Shown here: positions 39,649-49,558 of the stretch, piece after piece
Layout of the letters: every line of letters begins with the position of its first letter
How positions within the stretch are numbered: the stretch's first letter is position 1
Source: a virus
IMG/VR virus record: IMGVR_UViG_3300028874_000010
Location: 48,369 to 112,368 of that record
DNA length: 64,000 nucleotides
Reading direction: 5' to 3' (one strand)
The notes under the pieces: generated by a model
The model's input: the letters and a program-made list of their open reading frames with translations, nothing else
The model's database searches: none
Told to the model about the DNA's origin: nothing
Program-made: the position numbers and the translations under genes

Positions 39649-39996
39649 TTATACGGATTTATTGTTAAGGCGGTGCATCAACTCAAAACCGACAAAGGTA
39701 TGCCGAGTGTCAGCATGAAAATATTGCTGCAATTGGTCATCCCACGGAACTCGATAAAAATCAAAATATCCCGGATATGCTTTTTCAATCTCTTCTTCAA
39801 ATTGAACTTGAAGCTCAGTGCGGTCTTTTAAAGCTATAACACGACTAATAAATGCATCCTCTTGGCCATGAATGACTTTATTAATCAATGGATCTTTTTC
39901 ATCTTGGCCCAATTCGGTCCATTGATTATAACTATCGGCCTCGGCATTCCAGGCTGCACTTGCAATAACTTCTGCTTCTTCTCTAGAAATAGACAT
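39649..39996 (-). CDS. hypothetical protein
   Basis: GGAG RBS. Confidence 0.55.
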   Translation of the reverse strand: MSISREEAEVIASAAWNAEADSYNQWTELGQDEKDPLINKVIHGQEDAFISRVIALKDRTELQVQFEEEIEKAYPGYFDFYRVPWDDQLQQYFHADTRHTFVGFELMHRLNNKSV

Positions 39997-40053
39997 GATA
40001 TCTCTCCACAGTTATAGTACAGTTAAAAGCGCCATTTCCAGTGTTTCATTTCC

Positions 40054-40395
40054 TCAATCGTTGATGATAAGCACATGAGTACCTTTGCATTCCGGAACCC
40101 GGCGGATCGAATCACGAGTCGGGACGAGGCGCCAACCTAGAATTTCATTTTCGCCATCACGATCTTCATTTTCGCCATCACGATCTTCACTATCGACGAC
40201 GTAGTACACTGCTTTGCCAGTCGCCTTCGAAATCATCTTGAAGCCTTCATCACAAGCATCGTCATACACTTGGGAGAAGACTTGGCGTTTGCCACCTTTA
40301 TCTAACATCGACATTTCCTGAGAAAACATTTTGTTTTCAGCCGAGTAATCAAAGTCTTTACTGGAGAAGGTTGTGTTTGCGATATCCATTTTCAT
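40054..40395 (-). CDS. hypothetical phage protein
   Basis: YDDACDEGF motif; early promoter upstream. Confidence 0.6.
   Translation of the reverse strand: MKMDIANTTFSSKDFDYSAENKMFSQEMSMLDKGGKRQVFSQVYDDACDEGFKMISKATGKAVYYVVDSEDRDGENEDRDGENEILGWRLVPTRDSIRRVPECKGTHVLIIND
40144..40185. repeat. 21-bp perfect tandem duplication (in frame)
   Basis: TTCATTTTCGCCATCACGATC x2, giving EDRDGEN x2. Confidence 0.9.
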
Positions 40396-40468
40396 TACTC
40401 TGCATGTTTGTTGACGTTAGAGTAATTATATCAAGTTCCTAGGAAATGTACATCTTTCTTAAAGAAAT

Positions 40469-40750
40469 TTATCCATTTCGTCTAGCAATATACCCAACTG
40501 GTTCATCATCACCGGATTGCAATTTATTCACTTCAGCTATAGCTAGTTCTTTATCTTGAAAACAAAATCTCTTTTCCCAGCCGTGTCTATTTAAGTCTAT
40601 GTACACGGCCGTGGTGTACAAGAGCTTTGAAGTTCCTACGATTGTTCCATCATCAAGCATCCGGAGATTCTCATACCCATCATCACTGAGGACTTCAATC
40701 AAACTGCCGGAATGTTCGTCTATTTTATAAGTCATATCTTTAATATTCAT
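40469..40750 (-). CDS. hypothetical protein
   Basis: ORF in gene run. Confidence 0.55.
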   Translation of the reverse strand: MNIKDMTYKIDEHSGSLIEVLSDDGYENLRMLDDGTIVGTSKLLYTTAVYIDLNRHGWEKRFCFQDKELAIAEVNKLQSGDDEPVGYIARRNG

Positions 40751-40780
40751 CGATCTACGGTAGAATGAAAATAAATTATA

Positions 40781-41221
40781 TCACTTTTGGTGAAGTGTAT
40801 CCCAAAACTTTTCCATGATTTTCATTGAGGCTTCATCTGGGTGAACCCACTCTGGTACCGCTGGATGATTTACTTCCCACAATCGATATGTGTTTCTAAT
40901 CGTTCTTCCAACAGTCGAATGCAATTTAATCAAATCTTCTTTTTTAATACTAGTCCAAGCCTCTATACCTTTATCATCCATATTATTTTTTAAATCGGCC
41001 ACAATTTCGTCGACCGTCATAAAGGCTTTCTCTTCAATAACTTCTTCGTATGGTTCTAAATCTTCATCACTAAGCTTCTTATCAGCCACATCATAAATAT
41101 CACTGACAAATTGTGAAATTTCAATATAGTCACCACTCCAGCCATATCTCTTAGCTACTTCAAGAAGTGTTGTTAAGAATTCCGGAGTTGCTAAAGTTTT
41201 AATTATTGCTGTATTATTCAT
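40781..41221 (-). CDS. hypothetical protein
   Basis: ORF, ATGA overlap. Confidence 0.55.
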   Translation of the reverse strand: MNNTAIIKTLATPEFLTTLLEVAKRYGWSGDYIEISQFVSDIYDVADKKLSDEDLEPYEEVIEEKAFMTVDEIVADLKNNMDDKGIEAWTSIKKEDLIKLHSTVGRTIRNTYRLWEVNHPAVPEWVHPDEASMKIMEKFWDTLHQK

Positions 41222-41898
41222 CCTTCCCTCAATGTGTTTTTGTCAGTTTTAAAAAACCAATGGCCATCTTCAGTCTTAACATGATTTGCTCTAACACATT
41301 TCGCCGCATTCTTTTTCATATCATTGTAATGAAAAGATTGAGCATTAGAGATAACATACCCTTCATCTTTTTCTGGATCTAATCCAAACCCAAGATGCTT
41401 GACTGGAACTATACTCAAAGCAAGATGCATCAAGTTCAAATCTTTGAATGATCCTCTTTTTAAAACAGGGACCATACTCAAATCAAGACATTCACAAAAT
41501 TCTTGCATATCATCTAGTGACAATCTAGTATTTGTTTCATCCCAGATGGCAAACACATAAAAGAAAGACTCTAGATCATGATAAGGAATTGAGTGAAGAG
41601 CTAACATATTCTCGCCGCAGATTCTCCAACCATCGGGAATATCTCTATAAAGTAATGCAGCTAGTTGTTTGATATGATGGCGTGACCAATGATCTTTTGA
41701 ATCTAATGATCTTGCGTGGGAATATCCTCTGCCAATAGTGGTATTCTCACCATCCATTTTTAAGGATGCATAACAGTCTTCCATCGGAATGAAATATTCT
41801 ATCAATTCTTGATTAGTCAGAATTTTGTCATCTGATGTAGAAGATTGAGTCCATGGCAAATGGAAAGTCGTTGGGAATTTATATTCTGGTGTATTCAT
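41218..41898 (-). CDS. ATP-dependent RNA ligase family protein
   Basis: K.P.T.HLPW, motif I KMDGEN, ICGEN, FYVF, EGYV, K.VR. Confidence 0.8.
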   Translation of the reverse strand: MNTPEYKFPTTFHLPWTQSSTSDDKILTNQELIEYFIPMEDCYASLKMDGENTTIGRGYSHARSLDSKDHWSRHHIKQLAALLYRDIPDGWRICGENMLALHSIPYHDLESFFYVFAIWDETNTRLSLDDMQEFCECLDLSMVPVLKRGSFKDLNLMHLALSIVPVKHLGFGLDPEKDEGYVISNAQSFHYNDMKKNAAKCVRANHVKTEDGHWFFKTDKNTLREG

Positions 41899-42383
41899 GC
41901 TTGTATGTTGATCATCTCAATAAAATCATTGCGGTCATATTTTCTAATTTCGCAATTAAGTGCATTACCTTTTTTATAATCTAAATTACCCATAAACATC
42001 CCGTGTGTAAAACATACCAAATTAAATGGGTACGTGTACAACACTGATCTCATTCGTTCCAGAGCCGATAAAACTGGTTCAATTGGACCTGTCAAATCAT
42101 GAACAATTTCATTGATCCGTCTATCTTCAATAACCTGATGGGCCATTTCAGCCATAACAATCTGAGCTGTTAATTTTGCTCGTTGATATACCGATGAAAG
42201 TATTGTTGTATGAGTATTATGAAAATCCTCTGACATCATTTCCCTAAGAGGTTCAATGATGTCTATACATTGATCAACGCCTTTTTTAGAAAGAATATTT
42301 GCTGCATCCGGCAAACCGTAATACGCTGGATCTGTATTTCCTAAACTTTCACCGTGTCTAATTAATATAATGCTATTTTTCAT
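41895..42383 (-). CDS. histidine phosphatase (PGM-like)
   Basis: RHGESLGN, S.Y.RA..T, THG. Confidence 0.8.
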   Translation of the reverse strand: MKNSIILIRHGESLGNTDPAYYGLPDAANILSKKGVDQCIDIIEPLREMMSEDFHNTHTTILSSVYQRAKLTAQIVMAEMAHQVIEDRRINEIVHDLTGPIEPVLSALERMRSVLYTYPFNLVCFTHGMFMGNLDYKKGNALNCEIRKYDRNDFIEMINIQA

Positions 42384-42393
42384 TTTTCTTATT

Positions 42394-42798
42394 TTATTTT
42401 TGTGTTGATGCTAGCGCAGCTAACCCTTTTTCTGTGATATTCCACATCCCATCGATTGCTATAATCAATCCGCGTTTTTCCAAGAAAAATTCACATCCAG
42501 TGTAAGTCATAACTCCACTAGGCATAGTTCCGGTCTCGGAGAATATTGCAACTGCTCCCAATGCGGCAATTTCATCTTTCCTGTGGGTACCTTGTTCTTT
42601 AACAATACCAAACTCATCTAAAGGCGTTTGGCGTCTGTATGCAAGGCTCATAAAGAAATGTCCAGATCTGTTACTATTGATCTGGCACATCTCATAACCC
42701 TGTTGTTCCATTTCATACTGGAATTCTCTAGCTGCCAAATCACTATAGAAAGATCCAACTTCATATTCAAATGGAGATAGCAAAATTTCAGTAGTCAT
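42394..42798 (-). CDS. hypothetical protein
   Basis: ORF in gene run. Confidence 0.55.
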   Translation of the reverse strand: MTTEILLSPFEYEVGSFYSDLAAREFQYEMEQQGYEMCQINSNRSGHFFMSLAYRRQTPLDEFGIVKEQGTHRKDEIAALGAVAIFSETGTMPSGVMTYTGCEFFLEKRGLIIAIDGMWNITEKGLAALASTQK

Positions 42799-43529
42799 TT
42801 ATGTTTACTCTTTGGTTTACGAAATGAGAATTTGTCGAAGCCATGTTGTGGAATTCTGTACTTATCTTCGATTTCTATAGGCATCTGTGTACTTGTCGGC
42901 AAGACACCAGAAATAAACATATCAAGTTCTTGATATGCCATTTGATGATCAAACATTTTATAAAACTGAAAATCTTTTAAATTCGAACCATTCAAAATAA
43001 TCTGGTATTCAAAATATCCTTCATGACTAGAAGTTGAAACAATCCAACGATTCTCAATACAGAAATCCATCAACTCTGAAGTTCCTTGTTTTTCAAGAAA
43101 ATCATGAATTTTTAAACTCTTAAGACATTCAACAATCTTTAAAGTCTTTGGCTTCCAATATCGATCGCTAAGAACTTCTTCATGCCCATATGACACCAAA
43201 AAATCTACAAGCTCATCAAAATTATAGAATGTTTTAAATTCATGTCTAACGCCATAAAACTGAGAAGAATCCTGGACTGTTATTTTAGCTCTAATCCCAT
43301 GATACAAATTGCCACAAAAAAGAATATTGACACCATCAATTTTGATTTCAATATCATTTTTCTTAAATGTTTTTGTACACTTATTACCTGTTGTAAGTAT
43401 ATTAGCAACGAAACCTGGTAATTGGGCTGCATACAATTGTTCACCAAGGCGCATGAAAGTCACAGACATGTCTTGTCCGTGTTGCATCATGCAATCATAA
43501 TAATCTCGAACTTTCGCGATGATATGCAC
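42795..43529 (-). CDS. conserved phage protein
   Basis: DYYD N-terminus; FYK..D...AYQE..MF...HGFDK.SFR C-terminus. Confidence 0.65.
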   Translation of the reverse strand: MHIIAKVRDYYDCMMQHGQDMSVTFMRLGEQLYAAQLPGFVANILTTGNKCTKTFKKNDIEIKIDGVNILFCGNLYHGIRAKITVQDSSQFYGVRHEFKTFYNFDELVDFLVSYGHEEVLSDRYWKPKTLKIVECLKSLKIHDFLEKQGTSELMDFCIENRWIVSTSSHEGYFEYQIILNGSNLKDFQFYKMFDHQMAYQELDMFISGVLPTSTQMPIEIEDKYRIPQHGFDKFSFRKPKSKHK

Positions 43530-43532
43530 AAT

Positions 43533-44888
43533 TCACCTCTTAAATTTATACTCATGTCCATTATACCCAACTTTTAGGAATGCAGGCCTGGCAATATTTG
43601 ATATGCTATATAATGTTCTAACCATCTCGTAATCTTGGGCACGACTCCATGAATAGCGTGAAGAATCTGATCCGTATTTTGGATTTTTCTCTAATCTGAT
43701 CCGCTCACCACACTTGAGTCTAGTAACGGCAGTTTCATCTTGAATAATCTTTACAATCGAAAGTGGTGGAACAGGACCTTTTCCATCAAGCCATTCTGGA
43801 TATGGAAAAGAGTCAGGCCAATCTTTAGCATTATACCCGTACTTATTAAATTGCGCACGATTTCCATACCAATGATTTGTATTGGTATTAGCATCAGGAA
43901 AAGCTTTTAACTTTGATAATGACCCATCAGTGTGAATCAATACAATCGGCCCAAAGTAATATTCTAAATCACCACCATGACTATAATCAGTATTTTTCTT
44001 TTTAGTTAATAGATCATCTCGAAGTTCATCAAAAGTAAAACTATCAATAATAAATTCCATTTTGACTTCTGTAGGTTCTTTACAAGTGAAGAACAAAAGA
44101 TCATTAGGATTATCTGAATTGCCAGCCACAGTAATACTACAATTTTTTCTAGCTTTACTATTTAAGAATTCTTCTGCTTCTTCAGAAGTATAAATCTTTT
44201 TGCCATCTGATGCATTGATAATCTTAGGCCCAGCAACAAAATACAATTGGCCAGAATCGGTGAAAATGATATATGAAGAATCAAACTTGATTTCCGCATA
44301 TGTTTCAGGTTCTAAACTGGTATATGCATAATAAAATTTACCGAAGAAAGTTCCTTTTATACCATTCTTAAGATCAACATGATCACCAAGTTTCAAATCT
44401 TTAAGAGATAAAGACTTCGCATAATGCCGTTCTGTTGTCTTTTGAGATGCTGTATAAATTTCCGAATTGACCGGAAGTAAAACAATTTTAGATCCATTTC
44501 CTTTATCCCAACCAAAGACACATTCGCCTTGAATTTCGCCTTTTAGAATATCAGTATACTGAAATAATTTTGCTACATTACCAGACGAGATTTCGATTTC
44601 AAACCCACGAGGATCAACAACACGCCACCAAGTCGTTGTATCATTCCACCCACCGCCATGTGTAACGTTCTTAGACATCCGGTATCCAGAACGAGACTCA
44701 TTGTCAAAAATATCGGACGGCTTCTTGGTCTTATGATTTGACCATCCATCTATTGTAGATTGGCGTTTGCGAAAAGCCGCATTGTCTTCCTTGTATGTTG
44801 CAAAACCAAGATACTTGGCTTCCGTATTAGGAAGAATTGAGTAGCCGACATAAAGCTCGGCTGGTACAACAATATTTTCTTTGCCCAT
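43533..44888 (-). CDS. conserved phage protein
   Basis: LGFAT, DPRGFEIEISSGN motif. Confidence 0.65.
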   Translation of the reverse strand: MGKENIVVPAELYVGYSILPNTEAKYLGFATYKEDNAAFRKRQSTIDGWSNHKTKKPSDIFDNESRSGYRMSKNVTHGGGWNDTTTWWRVVDPRGFEIEISSGNVAKLFQYTDILKGEIQGECVFGWDKGNGSKIVLLPVNSEIYTASQKTTERHYAKSLSLKDLKLGDHVDLKNGIKGTFFGKFYYAYTSLEPETYAEIKFDSSYIIFTDSGQLYFVAGPKIINASDGKKIYTSEEAEEFLNSKARKNCSITVAGNSDNPNDLLFFTCKEPTEVKMEFIIDSFTFDELRDDLLTKKKNTDYSHGGDLEYYFGPIVLIHTDGSLSKLKAFPDANTNTNHWYGNRAQFNKYGYNAKDWPDSFPYPEWLDGKGPVPPLSIVKIIQDETAVTRLKCGERIRLEKNPKYGSDSSRYSWSRAQDYEMVRTLYSISNIARPAFLKVGYNGHEYKFKR

Positions 44889-44898
44889 TTTATAATGA

Positions 44899-45279
44899 TC
44901 AATATGTCTCTAACAATTTTTTAATCCGAATAGCTTCTTTAGCTTCTTTAATTCGGATGCCTTCGTCTTTTACTTCTAGACGTTTTTTCTCTTCTGCTAT
45001 TTTTTCTTGGAGTAATACTTCAAAATCGTCAGCCCATTTACCTAAATGGAGCCAACCGTATTCTTCAGACCACCCTGGTTGACCACTGATAACGCCATAT
45101 ACTTCGATAGCATCAGTGTTCAGCGGAGGATTGTTTGGGCCATTAAAGATCGCATCCTCACCTTTAGGCAAGATGAAAATCCTGAACGTCTTGCCTCGAG
45201 CATGAAACCCGGAAACAATACATAGTCTTCCATATTGTCCAGTCTTAAAAAGACCAGCATATTCACATGCACCTTTCAT
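44899..45279 (-). CDS. hypothetical phage protein
   Basis: ORF with AAGGA RBS. Confidence 0.6.
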   Translation of the reverse strand: MKGACEYAGLFKTGQYGRLCIVSGFHARGKTFRIFILPKGEDAIFNGPNNPPLNTDAIEVYGVISGQPGWSEEYGWLHLGKWADDFEVLLQEKIAEEKKRLEVKDEGIRIKEAKEAIRIKKLLETY

Positions 45280-45280
45280 A

Positions 45281-45838
45281 TTATCCTTTTATTAAATTCA
45301 AAAGTTGTCGACCACGTTTATCAATATGCTTAAATTTGATCTTAAAGGATGTCGATTCTATCCCGCCAAACATAGCAGCGTTGGAATGAATCTCACACAA
45401 TCCAGTGATCATCAACGAGATAGCTTCAGGACGTCGCGAGAACTCTTCCAGGGCCTCTGCCTTGAGAAGATGAATATCCATATCCATTCTAATCAGGCGC
45501 CCTATAGCGGCGTTCCTGGGGTTCTGGACGGTATGTAAAGTCCATTGATCGTATGAGGCTTCTGCATGATTTGGAAAGCGTTGTTTTCCATCAGCATCTA
45601 TCGTAACACAAATCGGTTTCCCTGAATCGTGAAAGGTGTGGTAGTCACGCATAATATCCAATTCAAATAAATTAGCTTTGATGAATTCTTTGTTAGCGAT
45701 TAACCAATCTGGTAATCTCCATTCATACGATAATGGTTGATCATCAAAAAGATAGTTATGAAGATCAAGATAATAATTATGAACTGATTGACCATGTTCC
45801 AAGATCGATTGACCTTTAGATTGGAAACATGTCTTCAT
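45281..45838 (-). CDS. HD-domain protein
   Basis: EHG, HDSGKP, F.NHA, NAAMFGG..STSFK. Confidence 0.65.
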   Translation of the reverse strand: MKTCFQSKGQSILEHGQSVHNYYLDLHNYLFDDQPLSYEWRLPDWLIANKEFIKANLFELDIMRDYHTFHDSGKPICVTIDADGKQRFPNHAEASYDQWTLHTVQNPRNAAIGRLIRMDMDIHLLKAEALEEFSRRPEAISLMITGLCEIHSNAAMFGGIESTSFKIKFKHIDKRGRQLLNLIKG

Positions 45839-45865
45839 TGGTTCTTCAAGCAGGGCGTAATTAAC

Positions 45866-46264
45866 TCATGACATGATACTCTCCAATTCGATTTTAAGTT
45901 TAGCAATAGCCTCTTCTTTATATGTCACGTTCTTCTTTGCATCTTCAAGTTCAAATTCATACTTCGTAATTTGTTTCTCCACACCCCATATTTTTACAGC
46001 TTTGATAGGGTCTTCAGATCTGATAAGCTTCATTGGGATTCTGTATGAACTAGAATTAGAACAGCCTCTGGCTGACCAACTAGTTTCAATGTGTAATATG
46101 TCATGATCTATTTCTAGAGATTCTATCTGGTCATTCATGAGACCACCATAGCCTGCAGCTTCCACAAGTTCAGAAAGTTTGCGTTGGCACTCGTTGATAT
46201 CGGGGTTTTTGTATTTGCTGATATCAAATGATGCTTGTTCTATAAGTTCGATGATGGTAGTCAT
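45866..46264 (-). CDS. hypothetical protein
   Basis: GAGG RBS. Confidence 0.55.
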   Translation of the reverse strand: MTTIIELIEQASFDISKYKNPDINECQRKLSELVEAAGYGGLMNDQIESLEIDHDILHIETSWSARGCSNSSSYRIPMKLIRSEDPIKAVKIWGVEKQITKYEFELEDAKKNVTYKEEAIAKLKIELESIMS

Positions 46265-46273
46265 TTATTCACC

Positions 46274-46570
46274 TCAGTAGGATAAAAGTTTATTGGTGTA
46301 TTTCTTGGTAAGCTTAATTAAAACATCGCCATGGCAACGGGATGGTGAGCACCAACACCCAAGAGTTTTGCCTAGCAATTCCGGCAAACTACTTAAAAGT
46401 TCTGGCATCATTTCAATATATTCTTCATACATCGAAATGACTTCTTCTCTGGTACCATCTATTCCAATAACGAATGGATTAGCCTACTTAGAGGCAGGAA
46501 GATTGTGATGGTCATTCTTCCTACCTATGTAGACATCATATGGATGTTTAAGGCAATGAACTACTTTCAT
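46274..46570 (-). pseudogene. DUF4326-family gene with in-frame TAG
   Basis: MKVVHC..YDVYIGR...SK*ANPF...LGCWCSP..CHGDVL; TAG at 46484-46486 where Trp is expected. Confidence 0.75.
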
Positions 46571-46892
46571 AGGTTGGTTTATAAAGGTTATACTTAGTCA
46601 TGATTCTTCGTGTCTTCATATCTTTGATAGGCATTGTCGCAATTGCAGAATGTCCCATATCAAAATCCGGTTCTTTGAACATTGTATACTTGATGTCATA
46701 CCGTTCAAGCCGTTGTGCAATCTCATGGAGTTCAGCTTTGTTTTTAGCTGGCAACATAATGATGCTAGAGATCGGATCATCAGAACCATGAAGAGTTTTT
46801 CCGGCTTCTAGCGCGGCATGAGAAAGCTGAACCATTTGCTGAGCGAGAGAAAGATCGGTTCGGATGAACACATAAGTGTATGGGTGATCCAT
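46548..46892 (-). CDS. PTH2-like peptidyl-tRNA hydrolase
   Basis: YVFIRTDL..AQQMVQ..HAA, F.EPD, SAIAT.P. Confidence 0.7.
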   Translation of the reverse strand: MDHPYTYVFIRTDLSLAQQMVQLSHAALEAGKTLHGSDDPISSIIMLPAKNKAELHEIAQRLERYDIKYTMFKEPDFDMGHSAIATMPIKDMKTRRIMTKYNLYKPTYESSSLP

Positions 46893-46894
46893 GA

Positions 46895-47245
46895 TTATGC
46901 ACCTCCAAGCTTGGTCAGATCATGATGGAGACTATCAAGGATCAATAGGAATCGGGTCCATTGCTCTGGTGTCAATTCAAGCCCATATGTCCAAGTATTG
47001 GATTTCTGTTTAGTCCAATAGATCAGACCTCGGAGTGCAGCATCATACGCGTTAAACGGAGGAGTTTTGTGCTTGCAAGGAGAGAATGCTTTGGTAGCTT
47101 TAGCCTTAATATCAGGCACAGCCGAAGCAAAGATTGCGTGAGTGAGATAATCAGCAGAGTCAAATGTATGTTTGTCTGCGTGCGATTTTTTCCAGGCAGC
47201 GATGAAAGATTCGTGCTGGGTCTTGCTAAGAATAAAGTCGAACAT
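46895..47245 (-). CDS. hypothetical protein, first gene of the PTH2 operon
   Basis: AAAGGA RBS before MFDFIL. Confidence 0.6.
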   Translation of the reverse strand: MFDFILSKTQHESFIAAWKKSHADKHTFDSADYLTHAIFASAVPDIKAKATKAFSPCKHKTPPFNAYDAALRGLIYWTKQKSNTWTYGLELTPEQWTRFLLILDSLHHDLTKLGGA

Positions 47246-47251
47246 GATATT

Positions 47252-47357
47252 TCCTTTGAATGTATTTTGTGGGTACTGTGAATAATTGCTATTCTGGATG
47301 TAGCCACACATTCAAGGAGATTGGGATTTAACTCATAACATGATAGTATTTCCTTTT
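47252..47357 (-). promoter_or_regulatory. minigene ATG-TTA-TGA plus RBS-sequestering hairpin
   Basis: SD AAAAGGA; minigene 47333-47341; 47304-47318 pairs with 47252-47272. Confidence 0.55.
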
Positions 47358-47627
47358 AAAATAATTACTGGTGAAATGGCACCAGTACCAAAAGTATTTA
47401 TAAGCGTTTTAGATCATTAATACAAATCCCAAACGCTGTACCTATGAACCAATTGTATAACACTTCATCATCGCCATACAACTTTTTTTTCTTGAAATTT
47501 ATCACAAGTTCTTCTTTCAAGTTTGGATCCGATTTAAGATTCATAACTATTGGTTTATCCCAAGACAACATTTGGATTGTCTTGGACCATAGCGAATCAA
47601 TCAAATCTTGATAAGTACCAACACACA

Positions 47628-48305
47628 TTATTGAACTACCAAATTGATACCGTATTTTTGTTTTGCATCAAGTTGAATAGCTCGGAGTTCAGCTTGTGAA
47701 GCGCGATTTGTTGTAGCCACAGTTAGTATAGGCTGAACCACAACTGGTTCAATTGGTGTCACAAGAATATTAAGCTTGGCTGGTTGATTAGTGATGATAT
47801 CAATAACCGGTCGACCTGCAGCAATCCATTCTTTTTCAGTCATTGGACATCCAACCATATAATATGAACCTTTAGTTGGTCCCGGAATTTGAATGCCACC
47901 AGCCATACTGATTGCATATCGATAATGATCATTAGTACAAACCATCACAACAGCAGCGCGATATTGACCCATGTTCCAAAGTTGACTGGAGTCTTTGACC
48001 AACTTACAATCCTCATCAGACCAAGTTGTTCCCATTGAGAAACTAAACATTGAACTGCCACCGCCTACACTTGAGGATCCCATACATGGCGCGGAAGCAG
48101 TTAAAGCTGGTGCGATTGCAGTTGATGCCGGATATTTAACAGTGCTATTTGTCACTGGGTCATATTCAAGAGCACCACCTAGAGCCTGTGATGTCGAACC
48201 AACTGTTTGTGTTTGGGCTGTATTTGTTGCCGCGGATTGAGCAATTACACTTCCGGAAAACAACAAAGTAATGCATACCAATGATGCAGAAATAAACTTT
48301 TTCAT
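47628..48305 (-). CDS. secreted Cys-containing protein
   Basis: Signal peptide; AIAPAL...CMGS.S.G...G.T..D.DC. Confidence 0.65.
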   Translation of the reverse strand: MKKFISASLVCITLLFSGSVIAQSAATNTAQTQTVGSTSQALGGALEYDPVTNSTVKYPASTAIAPALTASAPCMGSSSVGGGSSMFSFSMGTTWSDEDCKLVKDSSQLWNMGQYRAAVVMVCTNDHYRYAISMAGGIQIPGPTKGSYYMVGCPMTEKEWIAAGRPVIDIITNQPAKLNILVTPIEPVVVQPILTVATTNRASQAELRAIQLDAKQKYGINLVVQ

Positions 48306-48330
48306 TATTATCTTTTAGAGAAATTCTAGG

Positions 48331-48363
48331 AGTCAAGTAAAACAGAAACTGTTTTACTTGACT
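48331..48363. terminator. long perfect hairpin
   Basis: AGTCAAGTAAAACAG-AAA-CTGTTTTACTTGACT. Confidence 0.6.
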
Positions 48364-48381
48364 TAATTACTTCAATATCGA

Positions 48382-49194
48382 TTACTGAGCAATCGACGCA
48401 ACAGCGGGATCGTTGAACGCGCCATCAACATTAACAGAGTTATTAGCAGAAGCATTACCGCTAACATTGTTGGTGTTTGTTTGGAACGGTGTTACACCTG
48501 CACCCATGCCAACGGATAGGGTATTGGTCACATCAACATTCGACACCGAAGTCTTGGTGTCATTGATTTGGCCAACAACATTAACACCGGTCGTTGTACC
48601 ATCATTTGTCGTATCAGCACCAATGGAACCATTGACATTGAATGCATCAGCAGTATTGGCTGTTACAGCACCACCGCCATTTGTTGTAGCGTTTACACCA
48701 ATACTTGTACCTTGGCTACCGGTTCCCTTGCCACCATCAAGACTTGTTCCGATTGAACCATTTAGGGTCAATGTTTGTTCAGTTTGATAACCATTGCCGA
48801 TGTTGGCTCCAGCATTATTATATGAACCCGCTACATCAAGTCCAGCTGCAGCCGAACCATTTGTGCTTGCCGAACCAACGCCATTACCAGTAGAAACGTT
48901 GAACGCATTACCGGAATTAGCTGTTGCGGTTTGACCAGAAAGATTGATCGAAGCACCAACACCGCCAGCACCTGGAGCAACTTGGTTGAATGAAGCTTGG
49001 CCATTCGACATTGTACTTGCAATGCCGGTTGCCGAACTGTATGAACTACCAGCTTGACCAAGATTGGTTTGTGCCGATGTTGAGATTGTATTGTTGATCG
49101 AACCAACGTTTGTCAAATTGACTGTTGGGGCACCAGCAAAAGCTGATGTCGAAAAAATGAGTGCAGCCGATACAGCGAAAAGAGTCTTATTCAT
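48382..49194 (-). CDS. secreted Gly/Asn/Ser/Thr-rich beta-rich protein
   Basis: Signal peptide ending AFA; low-complexity body nearly free of charged residues. Confidence 0.7.
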   Translation of the reverse strand: MNKTLFAVSAALIFSTSAFAGAPTVNLTNVGSINNTISTSAQTNLGQAGSSYSSATGIASTMSNGQASFNQVAPGAGGVGASINLSGQTATANSGNAFNVSTGNGVGSASTNGSAAAGLDVAGSYNNAGANIGNGYQTEQTLTLNGSIGTSLDGGKGTGSQGTSIGVNATTNGGGAVTANTADAFNVNGSIGADTTNDGTTTGVNVVGQINDTKTSVSNVDVTNTLSVGMGAGVTPFQTNTNNVSGNASANNSVNVDGAFNDPAVASIAQ

Positions 49195-49558
49195 ATGGTC
49201 TTATTAATAGTTTGAAAAGTGTAAACGGAATGTTTACATGAGTTAGAACTTAATCAGTTGGACGTAAAACGTCTCTTGACTTAAGAGATGATATTCTACT
49301 TCATTGATAGGAAATGTACATTGATATTTTGCAAAATCATCAATATTGAGTTAAATATTCTCTAGATAAAAATCAGTGAGTACTGATTACACAAACCTGC
49401 TGGACATGCGTAGTAATGATAATTTTATGGTTTGGGAATCTATCTTTAAATTGATGTTCAATTTTACCGATACTAAAGTCGCTTAGATCTGGATCCACTT
49501 TAACCCAGATAACATCGTTTGGAAGAAGTGGCCCAATTACATTTTGATTGTCATATAG

